DNA of 55,408 bases from Spirochaetota bacterium (GCA_038241375.1 JBBRFT010000002.1:1-55408); one strand, 5' to 3'. Counted from the stretch's first letter, positions 10,701 through 19,047 are shown. A program made the numbers and translations. Notes: generated by a model from the letters alone, not told the origin.

Positions 10701-11466
10701 AAGTGTAGTCTATTTTCCCGGATGCGGTTCTGAAAGAATGTTTCCGGATATAAGTATTGCTGTAATAGCCTTATTATACAACTCCGGAGTACGTGTAGTC
10801 ATTCCCCCTGAGTACCTCTGCTGCGGATATCCGTTTCTTGCCAACGGCAGGAAGAAAGAGGCCGATACAAAGAGTTACGAAAACCGGGTTCTGTTTCACA
10901 GAATGTCGGATATTATAAACTATATGGAAATCGATGATGTAATCGTATCATGCGGAACATGTTACGAAATGCTTGATAAATACAAAATCGAAAATATTTT
11001 CCCTGAGGCAAAAATTACAGATATTAATGAGTTTATTGCAAGGGAAGATCTCTACAAAAAAATACATAGAGATCAGATTTTCTATCATGACCCATGCCAT
11101 TCCCCTTTAAAATCAATGGGTATCGATAAAACTTTCAATACAATACTCGGCAATACGCCAATCACCACTCCTAACTGCTGCGGAGAAGGGGGCACAATGT
11201 CCCTTTCAACACCATCAATATCAAACTCTCTAAGAGAGAGAAAAGCCTTCAATATTTCCGAAATGTTCGACAAAAAAGAGAACATTACAGTTATTACAAC
11301 ATGTCCAAGCTGCGTTCAGGGACTTTCAAAAATTAATAATAAAACCTCTGTAACAGGAAAAGCTATGTCAGTATATTTAGCGGAAATTTTTCTGGGCCGC
11401 GGCTGGAAAAAGAACTTTATCTCATCGGTAATTAAAAAAGAGGGTATAGAAAGAATTATACTTTAA
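7753..11466 (+). CDS. Large fusion oxidoreductase: unassigned N-terminal domain + FAD-linked oxidase (GlcD-like) + Fe-S/CCG domain (GlcF/GlpC-like)
   Basis: FAD_binding_4 signature PRGGGTGLTGG. Two ferredoxin-type motifs, CVRCGKCKEVC and CTMCHNCYTPCP. Two Cys-rich CCG units, FPGCGSE...LCCGYPF and HDPCHS...NCCGEGG...CPSC. The start is set to the ATG at 7753 (MKKDFGYREIPYNY); the track begins at a TTG at 7717. Confidence 0.85.
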   Translation: MKKDFGYREIPYNYTSFSDKEIILKYFDDATWELLNDLRHQRKTGRSARLIFEIIGDIFIIDRNPYIFNDFLDDIKKQKKLKKLHEIRFHAIKTKTSNEQIHELVKKLIKVDTLFFSRFKSERKKRKKISSTLNTILPKDQIHFSAFQKVSHVTDATDWRVEYPEVIVYPGNASEISKLIKAAASLNLKIIPRGGGTGLTGGVIPVVPDTMIINTEKMSGIKEIEFVNINGKNIPVIETDAGVITETVTHFCKDRGYIFATDPTSAWASTIGGNIAENAGGKKCVMWGTAIDNIFSFKIINAEGHVLDVRRKDHPHRKIEPEDEVVFEVYSLPKKKNEKLLKTIILSGLDIRKNGVGKDITNKALKGLPGIQKEGGDGIIISAKFVLYKPFNHCRTICLEFFGTNMINASKAIVEILDNFNKNDHAHLTALEHFDDKYVSAINYRNKSDRSDFPKAVLLIDVESDDIEELEISSASILEIVKQYNTEGFIADSEEKRELFWKDRKNLGAIARHTNAFKLNEDIVIPVDSLPNFSDFIDRLNLQKELENNCSMIDDLTEYFKTLYGKEDVFFQSKIESYITFINEIKSDQLEYIHNIENPAGTVSRITNPEYKDKILFELLRDGNIQFSISETVLNRFRKNFYGYDEIINAFNEIVEFRQSRKLIIATHMHAGDGNIHVNIPVHSNDYRMMLDADEIAAVIMRETTDKFNGVISGEHGIGLTKLKFIDKNILDDYADYKKEADPDDIFNPGKLRHDFPHNSVYTPSLNLLELEAFILEVADMKDLTKSIASCVRCGKCKEVCNTHVPACTMFYSPRNKILAVTLITEAVLYEAQTTNNLSFRNFRMLRDVSDHCTMCHNCYTPCPVNIDFATVTLAIRNLLNERKRSEPKLITNFVLFYLKRKGYYTNKLLRMLILKFGYSMQRLGYIANKPVNKVTEFIVPKINGILQSRLPKSGTPSLRDYLGLKGANTFFAFHNPDKDIVKSVVYFPGCGSERMFPDISIAVIALLYNSGVRVVIPPEYLCCGYPFLANGRKKEADTKSYENRVLFHRMSDIINYMEIDDVIVSCGTCYEMLDKYKIENIFPEAKITDINEFIAREDLYKKIHRDQIFYHDPCHSPLKSMGIDKTFNTILGNTPITTPNCCGEGGTMSLSTPSISNSLRERKAFNISEMFDKKENITVITTCPSCVQGLSKINNKTSVTGKAMSVYLAEIFLGRGWKKNFISSVIKKEGIERIIL

Positions 11467-11523
11467 TAAAAAAACATACATGCCGAAAATTAAGAAAGAA
11501 AATACTGAATTAAAGGTATAAAA

Positions 11524-12135
11524 ATGAAACATCTCATAATCACTCTTTTTTTGATTATCCCGGCACTCCTTTTCTCACAGGATAAGAGTGCCGGCACAAC
11601 AATTGATATCAAGAAAGAACCTGTATTATCAATATTTACAGACCTTTTCAAATTAAAAAATCTCAGTTTTGCTAAAGAACAGCCGGACAATAGCGGTGAA
11701 GTTCTTGAAACAGAGTTCCAGCTTGAAAACTTAACTAATGTTTCAATGGATCTATATATTTTTGTTATTGCAACTCATGAAAAGGAATATATAACAAAAT
11801 CAAGTTTTGAAAGACCCGATCTTGATGATAAAAAATTAATTAAACTTATACAGGTATATCCCGATGATCTTTCAAATTACGAATATATTGTAAAGGATGC
11901 GTCGGGAGCTGATAAAAAAATATACCAGAAATACCCGAAAAATATTAAAGCCGGAATAAATAATATAACCGGAAAGCCCTATACCCTGGATGATCTTCTC
12001 ACATTCAGGTCACGCATTTTAAGCAAATTTTTGAAAAACTACTATTTTTTTAATCAGGTAACTATTCTTATTTTTGATAACGAAGAAAAACTTCTTTTCA
12101 GACAGAGTTATGCAGTAAAGCCTATTAAAAGATAA
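11524..12135 (+). CDS. Secreted hypothetical protein
   Basis: 203 aa with N-terminal signal peptide MKHLIITLFLIIPALLFSQ. No recognisable motif. Confidence 0.5.
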   Translation: MKHLIITLFLIIPALLFSQDKSAGTTIDIKKEPVLSIFTDLFKLKNLSFAKEQPDNSGEVLETEFQLENLTNVSMDLYIFVIATHEKEYITKSSFERPDLDDKKLIKLIQVYPDDLSNYEYIVKDASGADKKIYQKYPKNIKAGINNITGKPYTLDDLLTFRSRILSKFLKNYYFFNQVTILIFDNEEKLLFRQSYAVKPIKR

Positions 12136-12610
12136 AGATTCTGCTCAATTCATTTTCCAGTTCCAGGAGGTCTGATACTATCCGGCCTCCTGAATTTAAA
12201 ATGAAATACTCTACCTGAAGATTAACAATAGCTCCATCATTATCACCCGCCCGTCTGAAATCACTCCGGTAACCGCATATTTTTTTATTCATCGCAGCCC
12301 CAAATCCAATCTCAGAGGCAGTTCCGCTGTCCACATCAGTGCCATCAAGTATAGCAAAAATACCATCGGATTCAATAATACCGTTTTTATTATTCTCTGC
12401 AATAATTCTATTAAGCTTAATCCATTCATTCTTTTTCTCATCAGCATCTTCAATCTTATTTACTCTTTCGATAAGGTACTCCGGAGTCAGCTTCCACGGA
12501 TCGATACATGTTAAATTTAATTTATCCATCAACGGACATATTTTATCGTAAAGAAAATATCTTCCCGATTCCGAAAAACCGAGAGGCGAAGCGATATAAA
12601 TTTTAGTCAT
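12125..12610 (-). CDS. Nucleoside 2-deoxyribosyltransferase family protein
   Basis: 161 aa. IYIASPLGF and DSGTASEIGFG (catalytic Glu context) fit the family. Its 3' end overlaps the previous gene convergently by 11 nt. Confidence 0.7.
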   Translation of the reverse strand: MTKIYIASPLGFSESGRYFLYDKICPLMDKLNLTCIDPWKLTPEYLIERVNKIEDADEKKNEWIKLNRIIAENNKNGIIESDGIFAILDGTDVDSGTASEIGFGAAMNKKICGYRSDFRRAGDNDGAIVNLQVEYFILNSGGRIVSDLLELENELSRIFIF

Positions 12611-12821
12611 TCTCTTACCCTTTTAATCCGATATATTAGATAGCATGTAGTTGACATTTTGATTAAAAAAATGTTTTACACTAAAAAATTACAATATAAA
12701 TGAACTTTAACGTCAGACTTTAAGTTTTTAATACTAATTTAAAAAATCATTGACTCAGTTTAAAGAAGAATATTAATCTTTTCAAGATTTTAATCAAAAA
12801 TAGATCCTTCGGAGCAACTTT

Positions 12822-13481
12822 ATGAAGTATAGTATGGTTAAACAATTCTCAAATGCTGCTATAGATAACGCGTTCAGTTTTGTTTTTAAAATAGTGGATT
12901 TCGGCAAAATCTTAGTCGAAGTGTTCTGGGGATTTCTTGATATCTGGATTGCTTTTTTTGGAATATTCTACAATTTCTTTATGTATTTTTATTATATATT
13001 TCTATTTATGATTGATAGAGGTTCTGAATCAAGCGGTCCCGCACTAAGATCAAGAAGAAAATCTCAGAAGGTATCAAGAATACCATCGGTAAGTCTGGAT
13101 CGTACACCGTCTATAATTCCATCTATGTACAAAGTTAAAACGGTTGCAGGTGATACAGGTAAAACAATTTCCGATTCTATGGTAAGTGCAGCATCTAAAA
13201 CTGCTGATACAGTTCAGAAAGCTCTTTCTCCAATTAAAGCTCCAATTAAATCTACCCCGAAAGGTTCAAAGAAACCTTTCTTTAAATCAATTCTGGAATT
13301 TATAGTAGACTATTTTGTCACCGTAAAAGAAATCCTCACAAAACCATTTATCCTGATTGCAGAATTCTTCGCCGGGAAGCTTACGCCAGTAAAAGAGAAT
13401 GAACCGAAAAATCAGGAACAGGGAAGAAGAATAAGCCTTATTGATCAATATATGAAAGAGTATGAAAAGAAAAAAAGGTAA
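12822..13481 (+). CDS. Hypothetical membrane protein with S/T/P/K-rich central region
   Basis: 219 aa. Aromatic-rich TM segment (WIAFFGIFYNFFMYFYYIFLFM). No motif recognised. Confidence 0.45.
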   Translation: MKYSMVKQFSNAAIDNAFSFVFKIVDFGKILVEVFWGFLDIWIAFFGIFYNFFMYFYYIFLFMIDRGSESSGPALRSRRKSQKVSRIPSVSLDRTPSIIPSMYKVKTVAGDTGKTISDSMVSAASKTADTVQKALSPIKAPIKSTPKGSKKPFFKSILEFIVDYFVTVKEILTKPFILIAEFFAGKLTPVKENEPKNQEQGRRISLIDQYMKEYEKKKR

Positions 13482-13504
13482 TTCCTTTTTTAATAAAGAA
13501 CAAT

Positions 13505-13533
13505 AAAAAACCCCGGCCTTGCCGGGGTTTTTT
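13505..13533. terminator. Bidirectional intrinsic terminator
   Basis: A6-ccccggc-ctt-gccgggg-T6 lies between the convergent genes ending at 13481 (+) and 13538 (-). Confidence 0.85.
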
Positions 13534-13537
13534 ATTG

Positions 13538-14866
13538 TTAATGTTTAAATGCTCTTTGCCCCGTATACATCATGGTTACTTTCGGATCCGCTTCATTACA
13601 TGCTTCAATCGATTCAAAATCTCTTATAGATCCTCCAGGTTGTAGTATTCCGGAAATCCCCTGTTCAATAATAACATCAACCCCGTCCCTAAAAGGAAAA
13701 AACGCATCCGAGATTGCAACTGCTCCGAATAGTCCACCTCTTGCAGCCGATGTATCTTCATCAATTTTTATTTTATCAGAACTATTACGTTCACCTTTTT
13801 TAACAGTTAATTCCAGTTCCTTGTAGGTAATACCGTATCTGTCAAAACAGAGAAGATCGGCATACTTTGTGTAAGCTTTATAAATTGCTATCTCGGCCAC
13901 ACCAACTCTATCCTGCTCACCGGTTCCTATACCTACGGTAACGCCATCCTTAACATATATTACAGAGTTAGATGTAACCCCCTGCTCAACATACCATCCG
14001 AAGAGCATGTCATCAAACTCTCTCTCCGTAGGTGATCTATCTATACTGTATTTCGTTCCTTTATATTCAGCCATCGCAGGGAGAAAATCATCCTTTGATT
14101 TTACTTTCGTAGTCGATGACTGCTGTACAATAAAACCGCCATCCATTAAAGATTTAAAGTCAGGGAAAATCACATCCCTAACTTCTGCAAGACGGTCAAT
14201 TCTCGGTATTCTTACAATACGAAGATTTTTCTTTTTTTTGAGTATCTCCAAAGCTTCACCATCATACTCCGGAGCTACTATTACCTCAAGATAAAAGTCC
14301 GCAACAAGTTCTGCCGTTTCCCTGTCGCATACTCTATTCAGAGCAAGACATCCCCCGAATGCGGCAATTCTATCAGCTCTGTAAGAACGATTAAAAGCTT
14401 CTGCTATTGATGAACCATAAGCGACACCGCAAGGATTGTTATGCTTAACAATTACGGCAGCAGGTCTGTCCATAAGATATTTAAGTATATTCAGCGCATT
14501 ATCAATATCAGTAAGATTAATTTTCCCCGGATGTTTTCCAAACTGAAGAAGCATATTTTCATCGATACCGCTTACAAATGAATTTCCCGGTGTAATATAT
14601 TCGCATCCCGCAAGTACAAGGTTTCCATTCACAAGCTCATACATTGCCGCTTCCTGACCAGGATTTTCACCATATCGCAATCCCCGTTCAACCTGTACTC
14701 CCTCATCTTCTATTTTCCAGATCCTTTTTTTATACTGCAGTTTCTGATTACCGAATGTTATTGTCATTTCATCGGGGAAGTTATCATCAAGTATTGTCTG
14801 ATAAGATTTTTTAATATTTTCCATTGCCCAATCCTTTATTGATAACTGCTCAAAAACCGGTGACAT
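13538..14866 (-). CDS. purH: AICAR formyltransferase (PurH AICARFT domain only, no MGS-like IMP cyclohydrolase domain)
   Basis: 442 aa with LRYGENPGQ, VKHNNPCG, SDAFFPFRDG and QPGGSIRD. An alternative start is the ATG at 14824, which has AAGGA 7 nt upstream. Confidence 0.85.
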   Translation of the reverse strand: MSPVFEQLSIKDWAMENIKKSYQTILDDNFPDEMTITFGNQKLQYKKRIWKIEDEGVQVERGLRYGENPGQEAAMYELVNGNLVLAGCEYITPGNSFVSGIDENMLLQFGKHPGKINLTDIDNALNILKYLMDRPAAVIVKHNNPCGVAYGSSIAEAFNRSYRADRIAAFGGCLALNRVCDRETAELVADFYLEVIVAPEYDGEALEILKKKKNLRIVRIPRIDRLAEVRDVIFPDFKSLMDGGFIVQQSSTTKVKSKDDFLPAMAEYKGTKYSIDRSPTEREFDDMLFGWYVEQGVTSNSVIYVKDGVTVGIGTGEQDRVGVAEIAIYKAYTKYADLLCFDRYGITYKELELTVKKGERNSSDKIKIDEDTSAARGGLFGAVAISDAFFPFRDGVDVIIEQGISGILQPGGSIRDFESIEACNEADPKVTMMYTGQRAFKH

Positions 14867-14869
14867 TCT

Positions 14870-14900
14870 ATCTCCGCCGCGCCGAAGGCGCGGCGGAGAT
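14870..14900. repeat. Perfect 14-bp GC-rich palindrome (member of the GCCGCC-loop-GGCGGC family) abutting the purH start
   Basis: atctccgccgcgcc-gaa-ggcgcggcggagat. On the minus strand its 3' arm contains GGAG 5 nt upstream of the ATG at 14866. Confidence 0.8.
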
Positions 14901-14935
14901 CAATTTTACCACTGGTTTTTGAACAGTTACCTTTA

Positions 14936-15385
14936 TTATTCTATTAAAGTTGATCCATCCATTAAAATTACATCAAGAATATATTCATTTCTTTTTGTTC
15001 CAAGTGGAGTATACCCCATAAGCTGCCCTTTAAACTCAAATTTAGACTCCAGCGTAAGCAGATCGACAGTATCTTTATTTTCAATAAAAACAAAAAAAAT
15101 CATTTTTTGATTATATAAAACAGAGTCAGATGACTCTATTACAATTCTATACCGTTTTTTATATCTTTCATTTGCCGATATTGCGGTAATTTTACCCCGT
15201 CCGATTATAACTTTATTAATTAATCCGGATAAAATATCATCTCTCTGAATTATCTGCATGCTGTTAAAAGTCTTAAAAAAAGAGGCATCAAGAACAACTT
15301 CCTGCTCCTCCGCGAAAAGGATGGAGCAGAGCATAATTACAAATATTACACTTATTTGATACTTTATTTTTTTCATATTATTCAT
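14936..15385 (-). CDS. Small secreted hypothetical protein
   Basis: 149 aa with signal peptide (ISVIFVIMLCSILFAEE). Its start overlaps the htrA-like stop by 8 nt. Confidence 0.5.
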   Translation of the reverse strand: MNNMKKIKYQISVIFVIMLCSILFAEEQEVVLDASFFKTFNSMQIIQRDDILSGLINKVIIGRGKITAISANERYKKRYRIVIESSDSVLYNQKMIFFVFIENKDTVDLLTLESKFEFKGQLMGYTPLGTKRNEYILDVILMDGSTLIE

Positions 15386-16673
15386 TCTTCAAATCTTCAA
15401 AATATATTTCATGAATTCCCGATTCTCTTACGACTGTTATATTATGTAATCTTCTGTCAGATGCACTGTATTTTTCAATAAAATTCTCAAGTGATGAAAT
15501 CTTTTTATTATTAACAGATATTATAACATCTCCCTCTTCGATATCCTTATAAGGACTCCTTGGGGAGAGATAGGTTACGACGATCTTCCCTGTTACTGCA
15601 TCCTCATCCACCTCAACACCATAGTATTGAAATAGCTGATCTAGCTCACTCTGCAGCCGCACATATTCGTCTTTCTCTCTTAACACAAATTTAATATCAA
15701 TAATTTTACCATTTCGCGATAGAAGGATTTCAATACGGGAACCGACACCTTTATTTCCGATAATTTTCGTAAGAGCTCCAAGGCTGTCAATTTTCTGCTG
15801 ATCTATCTCTTTAATAATATCGCCCTGTTTAAGACCTGCAATGTCAGAGGGTGAGTTTCGAATAACAGACAGAACCTCAACACTTTTACTCTCTTTATTA
15901 TAAGAAACAAATTTTTCACGGGCAACTAATCCAAGCCAACCTCTTTTTACCCTTCCGAAACTAGTAAGATCAAAACATACCTGTTTTACAATATTGGATG
16001 GAATCGCAAAACTTATACCCTGGAAACCGCCAGATGCCGATCTGATTGCAGTATTAATTCCCACCATTTCACCATGAAGATTAACCAGCGGTCCCCCTGA
16101 ATTCCCCGGATTTATCGAAACATCAGTCTGAATAAAATCTTCAATATCAGTAAAACCGATATTATCCCTTCCTTTAGAAGAAACAATTCCTGCGGTTATA
16201 GACTGTTTCAGACCATAAGGATTCCCTATTGCAATCACCCATTCCCCTTCGCTCAAACTGTTGGAATCTGATAATTTAAGTGGAATAAACTTTTCCCCTT
16301 CACTATTATTAAGTTTTAATACTGCCAGATCCGTTTTATAATCTGAAAGATAATATTTACCGTTTTTAAACAGCTGAAGTTCATAATTTGTTCCATCATT
16401 GCTTATTGCTTTGAAAACATCCCCTTTTTTAACAACATGATAATTTGTTACGATAAAACCGCTTTTAGAGATTATTGTCCCTGTCCCATAAGAGATCCTG
16501 ACAAGTTTTGTTTTACCGTTTTTACCCCTGTTTTCATAAGCAACAATATTAACCACAGATGGTTTGGCGATTGAAGCTGCTTCGATAAAATATTTACTAA
16601 ATGATTCCGGAGCAGAAATTAATCCTGATGAAATAAAAAGCATTATAATAATAAGATAAATTCTCATTTTCAT
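15378..16673 (-). CDS. HtrA/DegP-family periplasmic serine protease with PDZ domains
   Basis: 431 aa. Trypsin-like triad context TNYHVV, DLAVLK and GNSGGPL, followed by two PDZ-like segments (GLKQGDII, EEGDVIISVNN). Confidence 0.9.
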   Translation of the reverse strand: MKMRIYLIIIMLFISSGLISAPESFSKYFIEAASIAKPSVVNIVAYENRGKNGKTKLVRISYGTGTIISKSGFIVTNYHVVKKGDVFKAISNDGTNYELQLFKNGKYYLSDYKTDLAVLKLNNSEGEKFIPLKLSDSNSLSEGEWVIAIGNPYGLKQSITAGIVSSKGRDNIGFTDIEDFIQTDVSINPGNSGGPLVNLHGEMVGINTAIRSASGGFQGISFAIPSNIVKQVCFDLTSFGRVKRGWLGLVAREKFVSYNKESKSVEVLSVIRNSPSDIAGLKQGDIIKEIDQQKIDSLGALTKIIGNKGVGSRIEILLSRNGKIIDIKFVLREKDEYVRLQSELDQLFQYYGVEVDEDAVTGKIVVTYLSPRSPYKDIEEGDVIISVNNKKISSLENFIEKYSASDRRLHNITVVRESGIHEIYFEDLKNE

Positions 16674-18040
16674 TCCGTTACAATATCAAAATAACTTTTT
16701 TCAGGTGTAATATTATATCGATTAAGGTCAATTGATTTTCCCGAAGGCTTACTCTTAAATTCCCCTCTAACATTATCAATACCTGCAAGTAAAGAATAAA
16801 CACCCACTGCGACTCCCTCTGCAATTTCATCCTGTTTCTTAAGAAGCACATTTCTATCCTGCTTTCTATCCAGGTAACCCAATTCAATATAAGCACTAAT
16901 TGCATTAACCAGCAAAGGAACTGACCATGTTGAAATAAAAGGTTTTCCTGGAATTCTATTTTTATGACTTATACCCGACTCATTTAAAGAAAAAAGAATA
17001 TATTTTATAATTTCATATGTCGCGTGATAATTATCTCCTCCGAAATCTTTAAAACCGCTCCCCCTTCTATACTCTTCATAAAGGGATTTCTCCCTCTCCC
17101 GGAAGCGCCCCTCCTCCCTGAAAGAGTTATAATCCGACGAATATTGTGTATTCGGACGTTTTTTTTCAGCTTCAAGATCCCATAGAAAATTATCCCGGTA
17201 TCTCCATGTTACCATATTATGTTTATAACCTTTATAATCATTATAATCTGTTTTATAGTCTTTAGTAATTCCGTAGGATGTAAAATAATTAGCGGAATCA
17301 TTATAGAATGCATACTTTGAAGATATTCTTTCTGAAATTTTAAACCATGACCGAAGTATATTTTTATCATCAAGGAAGACATCAGTCTCTTTCTTCTGAA
17401 GCCTCAACAAACCCTCTTTTAACACATTGTAAGGTGGAACTATTATTCCATTCATGCCCAGATAATCAGGCGGAGCAGAAACAGCAAGATGGAGAGAGAC
17501 TATAAGATGTGGTTTATATTCATTCATTTTCGAGATACGCCCCTTTTGCATATCTCCATTAGGGCCCGGGAAATCATATAATCTGTATTCGGCATTGGGA
17601 TCTGTACTGTTTTTCACTTCAGTTTGTGTTAGAGATCCACTTCTGCTTATAATTGCCTGAATATATATCTTCTTAATATTACTATCTGTATATTTTTTAA
17701 GTATTTTTTTAAACTGCTCAAAATCACCATCCTTCGAGCAGTATGACAGAAGATTCACCGCTTTCAATGCTATATTGAATACAATTTTATGCTCAAAAAT
17801 ACCTTTATACTCTGCTCCGGGAGCAAAACTATTAAGATATTCTGAATTAATCAGATCAAATTTATCCCCATGGTTTTTTCTATCTTTAAGATAAACACCG
17901 CCATGTCCCGGATCAATTACCACCCGAAAAAGTGGAAATTCATTCTCCTGAATATTATTATCAGGGATAAATGCTGTAAGAATAAAAATAAACAGTATAA
18001 GTACTCTTTTTTTTCTCATATTTCTCAATATAAAATTCAC
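16670..18040 (-). CDS. N-acetylmuramoyl-L-alanine amidase (Amidase_3-like) with large internal insertion
   Basis: 456 aa. RVVIDPGHGG, FEHKIVFNIA, LIVSLHLA and AYIELGYL correspond to the Amidase_3 Zn-ligand strands. Its stop overlaps the htrA-like start (ATGA). Confidence 0.65.
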   Translation of the reverse strand: MNFILRNMRKKRVLILFIFILTAFIPDNNIQENEFPLFRVVIDPGHGGVYLKDRKNHGDKFDLINSEYLNSFAPGAEYKGIFEHKIVFNIALKAVNLLSYCSKDGDFEQFKKILKKYTDSNIKKIYIQAIISRSGSLTQTEVKNSTDPNAEYRLYDFPGPNGDMQKGRISKMNEYKPHLIVSLHLAVSAPPDYLGMNGIIVPPYNVLKEGLLRLQKKETDVFLDDKNILRSWFKISERISSKYAFYNDSANYFTSYGITKDYKTDYNDYKGYKHNMVTWRYRDNFLWDLEAEKKRPNTQYSSDYNSFREEGRFREREKSLYEEYRRGSGFKDFGGDNYHATYEIIKYILFSLNESGISHKNRIPGKPFISTWSVPLLVNAISAYIELGYLDRKQDRNVLLKKQDEIAEGVAVGVYSLLAGIDNVRGEFKSKPSGKSIDLNRYNITPEKSYFDIVTE

Positions 18041-18187
18041 GTAAATGATATACCCTGAATATTTTCTTAAAGTCCCGAAAACTTCGTTTCTGTGATTACA
18101 GGGAACCCAAAAGGACTTGTTAAGGTGCTGCCGCCCCTTTTACCCTGTGAAGATTGAGCTATTAGAACTACCTGAATACTAAGATAT

Positions 18188-18218
18188 AAAAAAAGAGGGC
18201 CATTAACCCCCTTTTTTT
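18188..18218 (-). terminator. Intrinsic terminator after the 18247..19047 gene
   Basis: The minus strand reads A7-gggggttaatggccctc-T7. The stem is short and imperfect, with a T-run. Confidence 0.55.
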
Positions 18219-18246
18219 ATATTACAGAAATGTTTTGATAATTAAT

Positions 18247-19047
18247 TTACTGAGGATTTTTCGCATCACCGGCTTTCTGTTCGCCCTTTTTCACTTCTTC
18301 ATAAATTCTGTTTCTGTTATCAGCTTTATCTTTTTTATATTTTTCTTTTACATCTTTAACTTTGAGACCATCATTCTTTCCATCACTTTCGTCAGCATAA
18401 GCTACAGTTTCAAGAATTCTTATTGCGTATGCTTTTGCGACTCTATAATGATAAAGAGACTGCTCATAATTCTTCGATGTATACTCATTTTCAGCATCGT
18501 CCATCTGACCGTATGCAATTTTAAGTCTGCTCTGGTTCTGAATAAGCTCTTTAAACTTATTGGGATCCGATCTTGTTTTCTGATTCAGATGAAGCGCTAT
18601 AATCTGAGCATGACAATCATCCAGAATGAGTTGTGTATCTTTATTATACTGCTCTGTCATCTTCTTCATAAGATCAGATATAGATTTCTGATTTCTTTCA
18701 AACCATACTTTAGAAAAAATCATATCTCTTTTGTAATAAAGTTCAATTGCACGTTTGTACTCATCATAAATTTTATCATAATCACCTTTCCAGCCCTTGT
18801 CAAAATTAGTTACGACAACATTAAGAAGATAAATCTGCTCAAGGTTCTTTTTAACTAATTTAGCAACAACATCCTGTGCATGGAATTGTGCAAGGTAAGA
18901 ATCATCCGGTTTTTCAGCCTGATTAAAATTTTCATTAAGATTATCGCTGCCTTTAGTATCCAGTTCTTTCAATTCCTGAGATGAAGCTGAAAGGTTAAAT
19001 ACCAGAATGAACGATATTAGAACTAATAAAAGTCTTCCGTAATTCAT
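18247..19047 (-). CDS. Secreted K/E/D-rich helical hypothetical protein
   Basis: 266 aa with signal peptide MNYGRLLLVLISFILVFNLSASS. Chosen over the antisense Phe/Ile-rich ORF at 18235..18858. Confidence 0.6.
   Translation of the reverse strand: MNYGRLLLVLISFILVFNLSASSQELKELDTKGSDNLNENFNQAEKPDDSYLAQFHAQDVVAKLVKKNLEQIYLLNVVVTNFDKGWKGDYDKIYDEYKRAIELYYKRDMIFSKVWFERNQKSISDLMKKMTEQYNKDTQLILDDCHAQIIALHLNQKTRSDPNKFKELIQNQSRLKIAYGQMDDAENEYTSKNYEQSLYHYRVAKAYAIRILETVAYADESDGKNDGLKVKDVKEKYKKDKADNRNRIYEEVKKGEQKAGDAKNPQ

Noticed and set aside
14867-14935. ZTP (pfl) riboswitch upstream of purH, suggested by CCGCCGCGCC resembling CCGCCUGGGC.
   Set aside because: Only about 70 nt are available, and the 5' subdomain motifs (GGGUCG, UGGCG, CCGGGCGGA) are absent.
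18235-18858. 207-aa plus-strand ORF overlapping the 18247..19047 gene.
   Set aside because: The product is an F/I/L/C-rich string typical of the reverse complement of a K/E/D-rich coding region. The minus-strand ORF has a proper signal peptide and a terminator.
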